NCBI RefSeq assembly: GCF_003704095.1
Contig: NW_020846492.1
Span: 372,001-436,000 of the forward strand
Origin: Pocillopora damicornis
Lineage: Eukaryota
Direction: 5' to 3'
DNA: 64,000 nt
Of this stretch, positions 24,517 through 39,900 are shown piece by piece; positions within the stretch are counted from its first letter, which is position 1, and every line of letters begins with the position of its first letter. The notes under the pieces are model-generated. The model was not told the origin of the DNA, searched no databases, and worked only from the letters and a program-made list of their open reading frames with translations. The position numbers and the translations under genes are program-made.

Positions 24517-27500
24517 ATGGCGACGACAGAGTTACATGTTAGAATCAGCTCGACACCTTCTACAAACGGAGAACCTAGTTTCACGATTTGCACGTTCTGT
24601 AACAACTCAACAAATGGGTTCGAGAAGCGTTTATTTGCGACAACACAACCAAAAGGACCTTTTTTCCCTGTCTTAGCCGAGCTACAGGGAAAGAAAACAA
24701 AGTTAGACGACCTCGGTCGAGCGGTTGTTTGTGTGGCATGTTTTCATCATCTTTTGCGACAATGGAGCAGTTTTGAACGAAGGGGTATTCCTGTTCGTAA
24801 ACGGGAATATAATATTATTACAGGTATGCGATTCATATGATTATTCATTTACAAAATTGTTATCTAGAAACATCGGGGCTTTCGCTTGAAATACTTTTGT
24901 TACCAGTTTACTAGGGCAGTCTGATCACTACTGGAGACCTTTGTTTGAATTGGATCACTGAGACTAGGTCGATAAAAATGTTGTTAACCACAATTTTAGT
25001 ACCTTAAGCGCCATTCCGTACGCTACCGTATTTACAGACCGCCTGGTTGCGAAAAAGGTTTATTTATGATGGTTCCCATGATATCACTTAGTAGTTAATT
25101 TATTTACGTCTACCGAGAAAAGCTTTCGAAAGGTAATTTAATTTTCGAAAGTATCTGTTATTCAAGCATATAAACAAAAGGAACTAATGTGTCTGAAATC
25201 AAGCGTTGAAACACATCAATGAGTTTATTCTCGTGGGAAAAAAGCTTAGGCTCTTGTTAATTTGAATTTGTTTCCATTCATTTTCAAATGTATTTGTGTC
25301 TGTCAGGTCGTCCTATTCCATTAACTTATAATTTACTTTTTAAACAAACTTATAAAGAACCTTTTAAGCACTGTCTTCTAAAGTAACAGACAAGACATGG
25401 TATTAAATGCAACAACTAAGATGTTTTTATTTACTCTTTGTGAAACATATCAGCATTAATACGACCTCAGGAAGACAATGTGAGGTACATTTTGTATTTT
25501 TAACCTCTCCAAATTGATATGTTTTTACATATTTGTGTCCGTTTAACTTTGTGCATAAGCAGATAATGTTTTAACTCTGTATCACATGAAATATAGAGAA
25601 CTCGAACATTGCATAATTTGCATATTTCCTGATGGGAAATTGGGTATGTGAATTTAATTAAACGTAAATTGTGTGCACTTAAAATAACTGTTTACCTAGA
25701 TTTGCAGAGGCGGGTTCCATCCCTTATCAAAGAAATGCCGCAAGAACGAGCTATGGCTACCCTATATGCAAAGACGCTTGCACCAGCAGACACCCTTAAA
25801 TAGCTCGAGATTGTTCTTTTCCTTCTATCAGTCAGTAACGTTCAAATGCCAATGCTCTCCATTTAAAAGAGCTCTTCCATTGAGTGTCGTAAAACAAAGA
25901 CCTAAATAAACTAAACGACCATTCATTACAATGGGAAATTGTCTCAACCCTTTAAGTCCTTGGAGTGACGAGCATTTAATTTTTTCCTTGCAATTGCAAT
26001 TCACCCCTGAATGAAACATCAAAGTCACAAGAATAAAGGAGATGATCACAAACTAAAGAAGCTCTTGATTATTAAACAAACTTTTCTTGTCAGCATCTGT
26101 ACAGAGAGCAGTATGGAGAGTATGCATACTGATGCACGCTGATGCCAGGGTATAATTGGTTCAAGAGTAAGCTAGAACTTAAAGTGGAAAATATTGACTG
26201 CCTAAGCACGGAAAAAACAGCGGTGTACGAGTCACGATTGTTTTCTGATTGGTTGAGAGAGTGACACGAGTTTTCTTGACCGATTAAAGAGCAAAGTAAA
26301 ATAAGCCAAAGCCACCCTGGGTTGCTTTGCTTTCTCAGTTGTAAATTACTTTATCATAAATTTCTTGAGATCTTAGCTTTGAGAAATGTGGTGTATATCT
26401 ATTCCTGATGATAACATTCAGGGAAGCCACACACCAGGCTCAAGTTACATTAATCTCTGGAAAGACTAAAGATAACCTCAAAGAGAATTCCTTAAGGCCT
26501 TCAGGGGGAGATTAATCTCGTAGCTACAACCTGAATCACCGGGGATGGAAAATTGAATCGGTCAACATTTCACCATTGTGACATAATGTTTTTTTTAAGT
26601 AATTTCCAACTTTGAAAGGGTGAATCGGGACGCCGAAATCTGTTTGGTAGATAAATCTGATAATTGACGAATTTTTCTTATTTCTTAAACAAACTTTGTC
26701 CAAGATTAAAAATTCTTCCATAGCTAAGAAGTGAGTTGAACACAATTAATATGTATACTATTTTCGAACAATTTTTCTATGCCTTCATTCTGGCGAGACA
26801 ATTCAAAAGCGAAACTATCAAAATGATACCAAAATACGCACACGGTAACTGAATGGAAAGAATATTTCTTGAGGTATACGTTCTGAAACTTTCTTTTTCG
26901 AGGTTGATAATTTGATTAACTGATAGGGCTCGTGAGGTGAGTTTCCTTTCTTATTCAATTAACTTACTTTACCAAGAAAGAGTAAATTAACAAACCAAGC
27001 TATCAAGCTACGACTTCGCTTGAAACTTCTCTGTTATGGTAATTTTTTTAACAACCTTCAAGGTCAAAAATTACTTTTGAACTTCGGGACGCAACTTACC
27101 TGTTGTTTTTGTAATCCCTCATTACAAATTATCTAAGTAGCTCTGTAAGTTCTTTATTTTTCTTTATCAACGTATTTTCTTTCTTTATTGAATGTTGGGT
27201 GTACTTCAGTCATGCATGTATCATTGGAATATTACTTGATTTTCTTACACTGTTTCAGTTACAAGTGCAATTGCTAGTCTAAAACATTTGTTAAGGATGG
27301 ACTTAAATGCAAAATTTTAGTTTTAGCATCATGACGGGGTAATTTCTGCAAAAGATTCTTCAATTAAGGCTCATTGTTTTCAGTTTTGGAATAGACACAA
27401 GGAATTCAAAGTCAATACATTTTTGAGAAACAGTTTGCTTCAGTTTCTTCAAACGATGTATTCTCGTTTTATCCTAAGATTGATATTGTCTTGCAGCCCA

Positions 27501-30500
27501 ACTTACAGCTTTTCCTGATGGATTTTTAGAGAATTATGAATTATTCAGTCGTTAAATTATACTACCCATTAGTATCATGGACCACTGTTGCACAATTATG
27601 GACGATATCGACTTTTATCTTGCGAAATGCAAATAACTTGCGGTATTTTCCTTCCCGTGCTGCGCGATACAATAATGTTTTGGCTTCTATTATCTTTTCA
27701 AGTTTTCGTATTCGTCCGATTTAGTGTCGCTTCAGAATTGATTCTTAGTCAGGCAGCTGTTAAAATGTTTTGGTGTAATTAAAGACTTACTCAGTGCAGT
27801 CTTGTCCTGATAACTCTTTCTAATTTTGGAAATGGTTTCGAGATTCAGCAATCAAGATTTTCCTAAAACATCAGAAGTTAGGTCTTGAAGGTAAGAAAGC
27901 CTAACACGCTTAAGCTGCTAGGTCATGTATCGAAAAATTTAAGAGAAAACAAGCTTTTCTTGAACATTGTTTAATAATTCACATAAAGTTTGGTCTTGCT
28001 CCCTCTCAAGTCTAGCTGAGAGCTTTCCGAAACGAAGACGTACATCTAGTGTATCTTTATCTCAGCCGGAATATTAACAGGTATTCTTTTGCAAGCAGAG
28101 CGTATTCATCTTTTTAGCTAGTTAAAAGCTGTACAAGAGCTTAACAGCTGCAAAAGCAATAGATTTTTCAAAAATAACCTCGTTTGAAGACTTATCTATA
28201 ACGGAACACTGAACTGTTTTGTGCGAGTAAACGAACCTCGAACCAGATTTGAATACTGGGGAAGGAAATACGTGCGACAAGTTATGAGCGAAATAGAGGT
28301 CTCAGTGAATGTTTTAAAACTTCATCGACGCTTATTCATGCTAGAAACTTACTGCATGGCTCCCTCAAAATTTAGTAGCCAATAGGGACGTTTTCTTTAA
28401 ATTAATTTTGAAGGTTTGAAATTTATTCAAGGATGTGACTGACAACCATGTCAAATTTTAGGATTTTTGTCTCCAAAACGCTATAAGCACTTACCATACT
28501 ATTTCGTTACGGGTCAAAACACGTAATATATAATTCATTTGGTTTATTTTGGGCGTTCACAATGCTAAGTAGTATGAATTCATCATGTTGGTGACAAATC
28601 ATAATTATTTTTATCGAGAGTTAATGGGCGAAGTTTTCAACGTGAAAATAATTTGTTGGTAAACATAGACGCGTGAACAGAGCATAACCACAGGAATCAA
28701 GGACTCTTAGAAGAGACTTCATTGAAGGTGTCAGTAAGTCCAGAAAAAACACACACTTGACTCTGATGATGACTTCCGCTCAGTTTTTCGAAACGTCAGT
28801 CACTACAATCAACACTCACTTGAACGATCAGACTACACAGTCTGTATTCCATCACCAGCGTCTACGAGAGATTTTCATCGTGAAAGTAGCATGTGAGGGA
28901 ACAGCAAATATTTCACTATTTTTGCGTGCCCTGTGGCTCTATTATTTGGCACATATTTAACAACTTTTAAACAACTGTTTACAAAGCTTAGTAATGAAGA
29001 ATCGAGAAGTATTTTAGTGAGTTCAAACGAGTTTATAGTGATTTTAATAAAATAAAACAGGCAAGCATACAAGTCCAACTCAAGAAGTTTGCAGTCTTGT
29101 TCTTACCTGTGTTTATTTGTTTTTGTTTTTTTCATTTCAGAGGAGCGTGTGAACCACTACCAGGTCAGACGTGAAGAGGAGATACGACAAGAGGCCGAAC
29201 ATAAGATAAAAGAAATTCAGGATCGCGAGGAAAGAATCCGACGAGAAGCCGAAGACAGGTTCGAAAAGTATCGACAGCGTCAAGCAGAGATCCGACGGGA
29301 GGCCGAACAAAGGCTACTCGAGGAACAAGCCAAAGCTGAGGAGTTCAAAAAGCAAGCAACATTTCAGCTCAAAGAGGAGCAACAGCGAGAAGAAGAGTTA
29401 CGACGACAAGCCGAAGATCGAATTCAGGAAGAAAAAGAGAAACGAGAGTACATACGGCAAGAAGCAGAAAGACTCCTTCGCGAAGAGAAGCTATTGGACG
29501 CACAAAGGCTGAAGCAGGGTTCCATATCACCAAGCCTTGAGAAAGTAACAACATACCGGACTGAAGTTATTATTCCTTCCACTGTCAAGGAAACTGCACC
29601 TTTGAGGGAAATTACAGATAAAGGGGAATCCGAAGAGATGGCAGGTGTAATTAGTGAGCAGGAGCTAGACGCAAGACGCCAGAGGCGCAAAACGATGGAG
29701 TACGATCCAGAAACGGGTTGTTACAGAAAAATAACAGCAGATGACGATAAAGAAAATACCTTGGTTGAGACCAGAACAGAGAGGGTGGAATATCGTTTTC
29801 GTCTCCGCTCAGACGAGAATGCAAAGGAAACCTCAGAGAAGAAAGATACCTCCTCTAATCCTGACAAAGCATCAGAGGACATCACAGTGTCAATGGAGCC
29901 AGTAAAATCCTTTAGTACTGAACAAACTATTGTATTGAACGGTGACGATAAATCGAAGAGGAAAAGTAGTGAAGGCGACACTAGAGGTGAAGAGGACCTA
30001 AAAAAAGCTGGTGACATAATGAAAACCAAGTTTGAAGAGGGTCGGAAGAGATTCGAGCAAGAATCAGTTGGAAAAAAGGGGAGTGACTCTTCTAAACAGA
30101 GAACGACGAGGACAACATCCGACGACTCTCTAGAGGAGAAGATCAGAGAAATGGAAAAGAGGAGAGAACGACTGCTTCTCAGAGGGCCATCGACAGAATC
30201 GAAAGACACCTTGGGTCGAAGACCGTCGGAAGAAGGAAAGGACTCCTCTGTTGTCAGTCCCGGTGAAGACTCAAAGAGTCTGGTTGATGATGGTACTAAG
30301 AAGCAGAGAAGTCGCAGTGAACGAAACAAACGGCGCTTAACAGCCGAGGAGATGACTTTTAAAAAGTCTCCTGGCAGCGAAGAGGATTCAACGGGGACAG
30401 ATGCCGCAAAAGTACCAAAAAAAGATGTCAAAAGCGAAGAACGCGAAATAGAAACGAAGAAAGAAAGTTACAAGATTCAATTGAAAAAGGTCGAGAAACC

Positions 30501-30888
30501 AGAAAGACCAGTAGAAGAAGACATTGTCATGACTCAGGTGAAAAAGGTTGAGGCCTCAGTTGACCTCATGAGCTGGGACGACTCCACCGATGGACCTACC
30601 TACGGTAGTGAGGGGGATCCAGCTCCAGTTGCCCAAACAGAGTTAACGAAGAGGGCTGACAGCACTGAAGGAGAACTGTTTTCCAGACCGTCGAAGCTGG
30701 TTGACATGGAAGCCCCTATCAATGTGGTTAAAAAAGGAGATGTTGAGACCGTGCCCAACTCTAAAAATCTTCTAGACCTTGAAGAGGTGAGTAACTTTCG
30801 GAGGTAACAGATCCATAAGGCATTAGAAAATATTTAATTTTTTCGCCCTATACCTGTTCAGGGTACCCTGTTATACTCTCCCACCGAA

Positions 30889-30924
<36 letters not shown>

Positions 30925-33900
30925 ATCCCTGTTCATCTCGAAATGTCAATGGTTTTATTCCTTTTAAAACTGTTGGGGAGAATGGGAAGGGGGTGGGTGG
31001 AGTCCAGAAAGTTAAAATGGATCCCACCAATCAAAGCTAATTGAATAGAAAAGATACAGGAAACATATATATACCAAAACATACAAGTAGAAAAAAAACA
31101 CATTTCTTTTGATGATAGGACATTATGAGGACAGCCTTTTAGCGAACTTTACCAATGCTGATCCAGCTTTCGCTGACGCACAACTTCGATTTAAAGTAAA
31201 AACCAAAGGGACGAAGGTGATAAACATTAGGGACTTTAAGGGATGAAAATTCGAACATTCCAATTTTAAGAAACCAGGAGAAAACCCTACTTAATGACTA
31301 CTAGCGGTACTGAGGGAATTAGGAACTTTGGCGGTGAGTTTGGTGCGGGACCGAGCTTGTTGTCACATTAACAACGGCTATTCTTAATTTACACTTTGCA
31401 TTTGGAGGGTTAAGTTTTGTCCAATAAAAGACAATTTCAATTAACGATGGTTAGTTTAAAACAATAACATAATTTGATGCTTGTTTAATCCCTCGGCTGG
31501 TATTATCTAATCTACATAACCATTAGGCGAATAAGTATCGTAACCGTAAATCGTTCAAATCTGTGGTGTTCACGACTCCTTATTGAAGTGTTTCTCATGT
31601 CGGTAATCTCTCTTAACCAGGCATCGGGTCTGTCATCAGCACCCATCGAGCCCATCTCGACATGGGACAACAGAGGTCGCACAAGCAATTCCGCCGAAGA
31701 AGACCGAAGACGTCGCGAGAGAGAATACGAAGAAAGGAAGCGAAGAATCGAGGAAAACCAACGGCGAGCGGCGAAAGAGCTCAAAGTGAAGAAACTCTAC
31801 GAAAACGACGTGAAGCCCTGGAGAGGAGAAGAGATCCACGAAGGAAAGCACGATGATGTATCCATAAAGGAAAAGAGGCGTTCGTTGGTGGATATGTGGG
31901 AGTCATTTTCTGAGCCCCACACCAATGTGATGTCTTTTGAAGAATACGAAGATGAAGAAATGCCTGAAGAGAGGAACAAAGTCGTGACTCTCGAGAAAAG
32001 AGCTGTGTCGGTGAGTACAAGTAAATTTTTTGATTGATGAACGTCACAAAGTTGAACTGAGGGGTAGAAAAATTGCAGCGGTTTGCAGAGAAACTTGTCT
32101 GAGGGATTAGGCCAATTTTGGATCTTAAACTTAGCTTAGATTTGCCTCAACTTGTTTAAAATAAACAAAGATTCAAGGAGGTAAGAATGCTACTAGTCGT
32201 CGATTATCTATCTATCAGTCTTCTCGATCATTATCAAACGGTTCGGAACACACAGTAATGTTGCGTTGATTAATGCAGTTGATTGTTACTGGAAACTTGT
32301 AGTGCGTTGATTATACGAGTCAAAGTAGAATAAAACACTAGACAGATCAACAGCTCATGAAAATACAACGTCGATAATTTTGTTCAAATTACACAGGTGG
32401 GATTTTGACAGCGAAAACTAAGGAAGGTCCATGTACTTATCAAAATTCGATTTCTCTCTTTACACAAAAGATTGACTCGCAGCAACAGAATTTGAATTTC
32501 ACACCTTGTATCAACCAAAGAGGCTGATGTGTTCCGACTATACAGGTGTTTTACAGAACAAAATGTTCGATAATCGAAACAACAAAAAAATCCAACTTTG
32601 TTGCCAATATTTCAAAGACAAAAAAATAATATCAATATATTTCTAGTGCTGACTGTGGGAGCTTTACAAAACGGTTTGTAATGATATCAGACCCGAATTC
32701 TGGTAGAAGTCCAGTTTTCCCCAGAGACTCCATCAGCGCTATTATTCATACAAATTATTATTCAAAGTTGGGAAAGGTTTACTTTTGATAGTACTTATAA
32801 TTTCGAGAATACTTAGCTACATATCGAACGTCACGTGAAAGGTAACGATAACGATCTGTTTATGTGTGGTATAAAAGTCTCTGTTCGAATTTTCCACCAA
32901 ATTGACCTAGATATAGTCTTTTTTTTAAGAATAAGGTTTACCATTACTGAGGTACGCTAAATCTGTTTGACCCGATCTTTTGTTTTTGTTTTGCCGAATG
33001 ACTACCAGGTATACTTTGAGTGATTTTTTCACATTCATACAAATACTCCCCAAGTTTATTTTCATTTGTTTGTAAGAAAATCTAAAAAAATAAACGAGAA
33101 ATAGTTATTTGATCTCATCTCTGACAGTTTCACGGTCTAAAGACTTCATTAGCAGTCTCTCTATTGTCTGTCAAGATAAATGACAAGTTTAGATGAATTA
33201 AGAGAGAGATTATGCAGTGCGTTAAGACAGGTTGAAATTTTAGCAGTGCTCGTCCCACGTATAACTGATCTCACCTTAGTTATTCCCACTTGGATTTCTT
33301 AAGTGCCCCTTGAGATATTTGCATAACACGCATGTCTGTACAGGTCCGTTTGATAAAAAATAGCAAGGTTTCTCAAGCTTGGGAGTAGCGGCGAGCTAAA
33401 TTATACCAGAGTTAACAGTTAAGATGGTTTCAATTTAATTTGGCGAGTAGTTTGATCCGTTGAAAGAGAAAGACGACGAAGGAGACATGGAGGTCGAAGT
33501 TATCACCACAACACGACCATCTGCGGACACGGACATCAACCCAAATTTGACTGCGGAGGAACAACGATGGGAGAGCGCTGGACAATTCCAGCCAGGCCGG
33601 CTACAAAAAACTGTGTTCCACAGCTTGTCTGAAGCGGCCTCTGTCGACGAAAAACCGACACCAAAGCCTCGTAAGAGTCGATACGACTGGATGAAGGGGG
33701 AGACAGAAGATGACCAAGCGGCGCTTGTGCCAACGAAGTTAAAAATTGACCGGCAGAGTAATCAACTTGAAGATGGAACATTCAGGTGAGAAAATTTTAA
33801 TAGTCTCTCTACCAATCTTTGGCAATTTTGCCGACCGTTGCACTGAAAATACAACCGACTGCAGTCGAAACAAGCAGACGAGCACGTATCTTAATCACGT

Positions 33901-36900
33901 TCAAGGACCGTTCCACTTGCCTGACCTCCATTGCAGTTAGATTATCAAAATTCCTGGATTTTTCTTTTAACGTTAAAGTAATGCATAAAACGCTATATTT
34001 TTTTTTACATTTGTACCGCAATATTCATGGCCAATACTCGAGGGAGAGCTCTCGCTTAATCCAAACGGCACGTAGTGTTGGTTAAAGGATTTAAAACCTG
34101 AATTCCTGAATCGACTTGTGGTTTTGAGTTTCACAGCTGCGTTAAAATCAATTATTGCTAAATTGTGTTTTTTGAATGACTTTTTCACCGACAAAGTAGA
34201 CTTGCGGTCGCATACGTTTGACTCTTGATTGTTTTAATGGCTGTGCGTGGGTCTAAAGGGCCTGAAAATACTGATGAAAAATTCCTGTCAAGTATTAACG
34301 AAATGTTATATTTGATATTCTTTGTAGAATTTTGTAAATGTTTTAAATATGTTGTTTGTGGTATGGATGACTAATTCAAACACATTGCTTTTATTTACAT
34401 GTTCACCTCATTCATCGTTATCATAAATACTGATTTAGTATTTTTAAGCAAACTACAGTGGTAATTATTTCAAGGAGATTTGTGACATGATGATGTGTAG
34501 TTTTGAATTAGCATTTAACTCGGTAGATCGTCACGCCACCTGTCACGCGGTATGTCACGCATTCTTTTTACTAAAATCAAAGACCAAATTCATGTTAACC
34601 TTTTAACTTCCACATTAAATTTGTAATTCTCCTTATTGTCAACCATGCAATTCTTATAATGTTGGTTCAGAGAATTGAGTATTGGACCAACTAATAATCT
34701 CCAGTTAATAGTTTTCTTTATTCTCATCACTTATCTGGTTGATATTGTATTGATATTGTAAGGAGAAATTCTGTCTTGGTCACTCACGGGAGTTAAAGGG
34801 TTAAATTAAAAGCAACTGGAGAATATAACAAGACTCTTGAAACAACTCATACTTTGCCTCTTCCGTCGAGATTGAAATTTCTTTTAAATAATTTTCTTTT
34901 CCAAATGTTTACAAACATTTCCTGTTATTTCCCTTTTTCAGCAACGGTCAAGACAGAACAAGTCCACCCGAGGTAGCTTGAATATTTGTTTAAGATTCTT
35001 TAAATGATACAATTTTATCTCATAAAGCAGTAGTATCGTTGTGTAACTGTTCCATTTCCTTAGCCTGTTTGAACCTTTCGGTAAAGTGCAGGAATAAGGA
35101 ACGTTTACGTACAAGTTAAGTAACGTATACTCTGGAATGGAATGGACTGGACTGGACTGGACTGAACCGTACTTAACCGTACTAATACCTCATTCACACT
35201 GGCAAAAAAGTGTTTAGTTAAACCGGATTTAACTGAATGAAAACAAGAAACAGAGAAACGAGGAACCGAATTTTCCATGGGATTCAAGTAGTCCCTTACT
35301 TGTATATTCAATGTGCTGCATTTGAAATCGACAAACATCGGTTCAAGTAGCTTCTATGAAGAAAAAAATCTCAATCGTATTACACAAAACGCCTTCAAAA
35401 AATGTTTAAGCTTTGGTGTGAATGGGGTATATGTTTAAATGAGACAATGAAATAAGGAAAGGCAATTAAAAGTCTATTTTGATTTTTTAGACCAAGAAGT
35501 TAGATTCTACGCGATATGTACCGTTTAAACAATTAGAAGCGACAACTTTGTCTTGTTTAGTATTAGTTTTTACATTTTATGTTAGAGCTTTGAATATCAA
35601 TTTCACTGCATTTCCCACAGTGAATCGAGACTAGAGAAGAGCAGGCTGACGGAAGACGCGCGAAAAAGGACTCACGTGAGAAACGAGACGCGCAGAGGAC
35701 AGGATGCGTGTAGCAAGACTGCTAAAATATCTCCTTCTGACATATAACGCAAGTCTGCTTCTCGTGAAAATACGCTCTAAAAATTTCCACTTTGTTTCAC
35801 TCCTTAGCCAGTCCCAAGGAAGGTCAAGACGGAAAGCCATGATTTAAAAAGCAGCAGCGAGAGCGAAAGCGAAAGCGAGAGTAATGGAGGAAGTGACAGC
35901 GAAAGTGATAATGAAGAAGAGAGGGTTCCTCGAGTGGATACCGTTGAAGTTCTCAACTCACAACTCACAGAGGAGGAGAAACAGTGGGAGCAAGCGGGAA
36001 ATTTCCAACCCAAAAAGCTAAATCTTTCTCTATTTGCTGGGTTTCAACAAGCACCTGCGAATGCAGCAGACAGACCGGCACCAAAGAAGACACAAGGAGC
36101 ATCCCAACCCTCGCAGTATAAAAAGCCACTTGTGAACAATGAAGAAGAGATTCCCGCTCCGGCTGAAGTGAAAGTTCAGGAAACTGAGCCAGAAATGGAG
36201 GACATCAGGTAAATTATTTAAGGTTTTGGGAACAACTCTTGGCGCAAAATCACTTCATTACATTTGCTTACCGTCACGTTTGGTTTGGTTATTTTCTGGT
36301 ACGAAGTAGTTTTACAAGGAATATCAGCGGACACTTGAACCCCTTAGAATGACTTGGATAAAGTTTCTCCTTACAACAGCACCCCCAAATAGCATATTAA
36401 GGCCACAAGAATATAGGAATGATCACCAACTAAATTCTCCTCATCAGCACCTTGGGAAATGTATACAGAAAAGCATAGAGAATATGCAAACTGATTTTAG
36501 GGTGTGAAGGGTTCACTTCAAACACGTGTTTCGTATTTCTCCTTTTCAACTGTGTTACGTTTTCTTGTTGATCAGTTAACCCTTTAACCTCCAAGATCTT
36601 ATTAGTAATTCTCCTTACTGTCTGCCATATAGTTCTTGTGATGTTAGTTTGGAGAATTTGTTATTGGATCGACTAATAATCCCCTAGTTAATGTTTTTCT
36701 TTATTCTCATCACTTTCTGCTTGATATTGTATTGATATTGTAGGGAGAAATTATATCTTGGTCACTCATGGGAGTTAAAGGGTTAAGGAAACTTGCTACC
36801 AACTTATGATTCCCCTTGTAGCTGTTGGGTGTCTTTGTGCTCATTTCCTACTTGCTAAATAATGTATTGATTTTTCAAGAAGACGTTGCATGTTAACCCC

Positions 36901-39900
36901 TCTACCCTAGAAAGTGTCTAGCACTTAATTTCTCTTTACAGTATCACTAATGAATTAAACATTAAGCAAGACTAACAGATGTGATCGCCAACTAAACTAT
37001 CTCACGATTGTTGGACAAATTGTCCTTGTCACTACCCAAAGAAATCCTTTACGTCACACTTGCAACTAATCCATGAAATCGGAAAGACATCGATTGCTGC
37101 ACTTTTCATCCCAGAAATGGAAATATTTTAGAGATATTTTCATGCAATCAATCCTTCACGCCGATCATCATCTGTTCAGAATTCAATTGTGTCTCATGAT
37201 GATGATATGATCTCTGAGTTTTAAATCTATCGACCATACTTCATTTAATTTTCAAATTTTTTTCAAAGAGAAAAACAGCTCATTCAATTTAAGATTTTTT
37301 TTTCTTTGCAGTCCGGTTCTTGAAGTAAAAACAGAGACAGAGGTAAGGTTTCAATGTTATCTTGTGATTATTTTTCTACACCTTAGAATTCAATCGCCTT
37401 AGGATGTTCTGCTGTAGGAAAACGAGTTGAAAGATTTTTTTAACGCACTGGTAAAGTTGGGGGCGAACTTGTTTCACTGCAGGGGGCGAACTCGCAAAGG
37501 GGGCGAACTGGTATCGAGAGACACTTTTTCACACAATATCCCAAACAGATCGAAGTTATTAGAGAGTGAGGATTCGAGAGGGTAATTTAACAGTAATGCA
37601 TTTAAACTCGTCATGAGAGTCTTGCTAATGCTGCAATCATTAACCTTTTGGCGAGATGTACTGGTGAAGGTGAATAGTATGTTTATGAGAGTAAAATATT
37701 AATTAATAAAAGCGCAAGATGCTGCATACAACACAACTATTAGCTTAAAATCTGCGCAACAGCACTGGCTAAATCACATTAATAAACAAATGCAAAACTG
37801 ACTACAAATTGTTCTTACTGCTTTTAACGCATTTAGGAAATATATTCTTTTGTTTTCTTCGTAATGGCAACGAATTACTTAGACGACTGCAACTAATAAA
37901 CGAGCTTTCTAACACACAGTTTACTGGTTTTGTTTTTAAATGTGAGCTTTTTGTTTATTTTAAACACCAGTCTGTTAAAAGTAACTTAAGCTTACGCATG
38001 CGCTGCTGCTGCTTATTGCGTTGTTGTATACCTGGCTTAATTTCTCTTGAGAAAGAAGACAACCATAGCTCTTGGAGAGGAGGGCATTGAGAGCTATCAC
38101 TTTGACTCCAAATACCGGACAAAATATCCAATAAAATTCAAATACCAAATCGAAATAACTCAACCCAAAGGTTCGAAGATTTTAATCTAACTTTATAGTT
38201 TGGACTATTTTAAAAACGATCAAAAAACCATTTAGATTTAAGAAAAAAAAAAAAACCACGGAAACCGCTGCGGATGTCAAAGCCACAAAAGAAGCCACTT
38301 TGAATAGAAAAGATCGAAAAACCGATTTCGAAAATTACCAATATTGAAAACAAAAAAACCAAATGCCCTCCTCTCAGTTCGATAGCTAAACCTCATTTAG
38401 CGGCTAAACTGTATTAATCACTTGTAGCCTCTCTCATCTTCGCTTTACACCTACACGTATGAGGAGGAAAGTGATGACGACGATGACGTTCCCGGTTGGA
38501 GAAAGGTAGAAGAGCAACGAAGACAACAAGAACGAGAGGAAATCGAAAGAGCGAAAGAAGAGGAAAAAAGACGACGGGAACAAGAGGCCATGGAAGAGGA
38601 GTCACAAAAGCAACCTGATTCAAGTGACGATGAGTTTGAAACCAAAGTACGCACAAAGGAAGTCAGAAAGATTAATCCAAATCTGTTGTTTCAGTTCATG
38701 AAAGAGGCAGACAAAGAACCAGAGAGACCCCTGAAATCGTCGAAACCCAAACAGCAACAAATAGATGTATCCAGTGTCTCGTTGTCAGAATCTACACCCG
38801 TTGTCGACAACCCCTCCGAAGACGGCTATGCAGGAGACCAAGAAAGAGAGGTGGAAGATGAGTACGAAGAGAAAGTACGGAGCGGACAAGTAAGAAAGTT
38901 GAAGCTAGTTAACAGTCCTTTTCTTCAATCGAAGGAAACGGAGATTGCTCCTGACTACCGTCGGGATGAGCCCCGTAGCTCTCGAATTATCAAAGACGAG
39001 ATCTACGTAGAGAAAGTTGAACACTCGACTGTCGAGTCTGCGCCAAGAAGAGACTGGGAAGAGGAGGCAGATGAGGTATTCAAGCATGCCGCTGTCCTTA
39101 GCGATCCACATGAACGCGATCATACGTGTTTTGTTAGTACCAAGTAATTGACAAATTTTTGACAAGCGACTTATCAACGCGAACCATACACTAAATTCGT
39201 AAGGCGGCCTTTAGATTACGTATTGCAATCGAAATCACACTGTTCTTTAGTTTAAAAAAATGTACACCTGTGGAGTGATCCGGCTTGCTAATAACAAACA
39301 CAAGACAGTGTAATATTGCTGTTCCGCAATTGCACCATTGAAAATAGTCACGTTTTGTTTGTTCGTTGTTTTCTGTTTCACACTAAAGACCAAACAGCGG
39401 CACCCATGTAACGCCCTATCACCTAACACCTACTGGTGGTTTATAATTTAAGTTCAAAATGCTATGGTCCTTCGTGGGAATTGTTTCAATGATGACGCAA
39501 CTCCCTTATCTGGTATCAATAAATTTAAGTATTGCTTGAAAAATCATTGCAACAGCTGTAAAGTAGACTAACATTAAACCACCGTGGTATGGACCACTAC
39601 TATGAAATATGAGTGCAAAAATATTCCGTACGGAATAGAAGTCGAGTTGGTGTCAGTGAACAAGTTTTGCACATTTTCTTAGACGTGATTCGTTGTTTTT
39701 TTTTTTTGTCATTAGCCTGAAGTCGACAACGTTGCTGGCGCAACTTTGGAGAGTTACGAAGAGGAAAGTGAAGATGATGGTGTTCCTGAATGGCGCAAAA
39801 TGGAAGAAAAACGAAGACAACAAGAGCTGGAGGAAATTGAAAGGGCCAGATTAGAAGAGCAAAGGAGACGAGAACGGGAAGCGCTTGAATCCAATGAACA

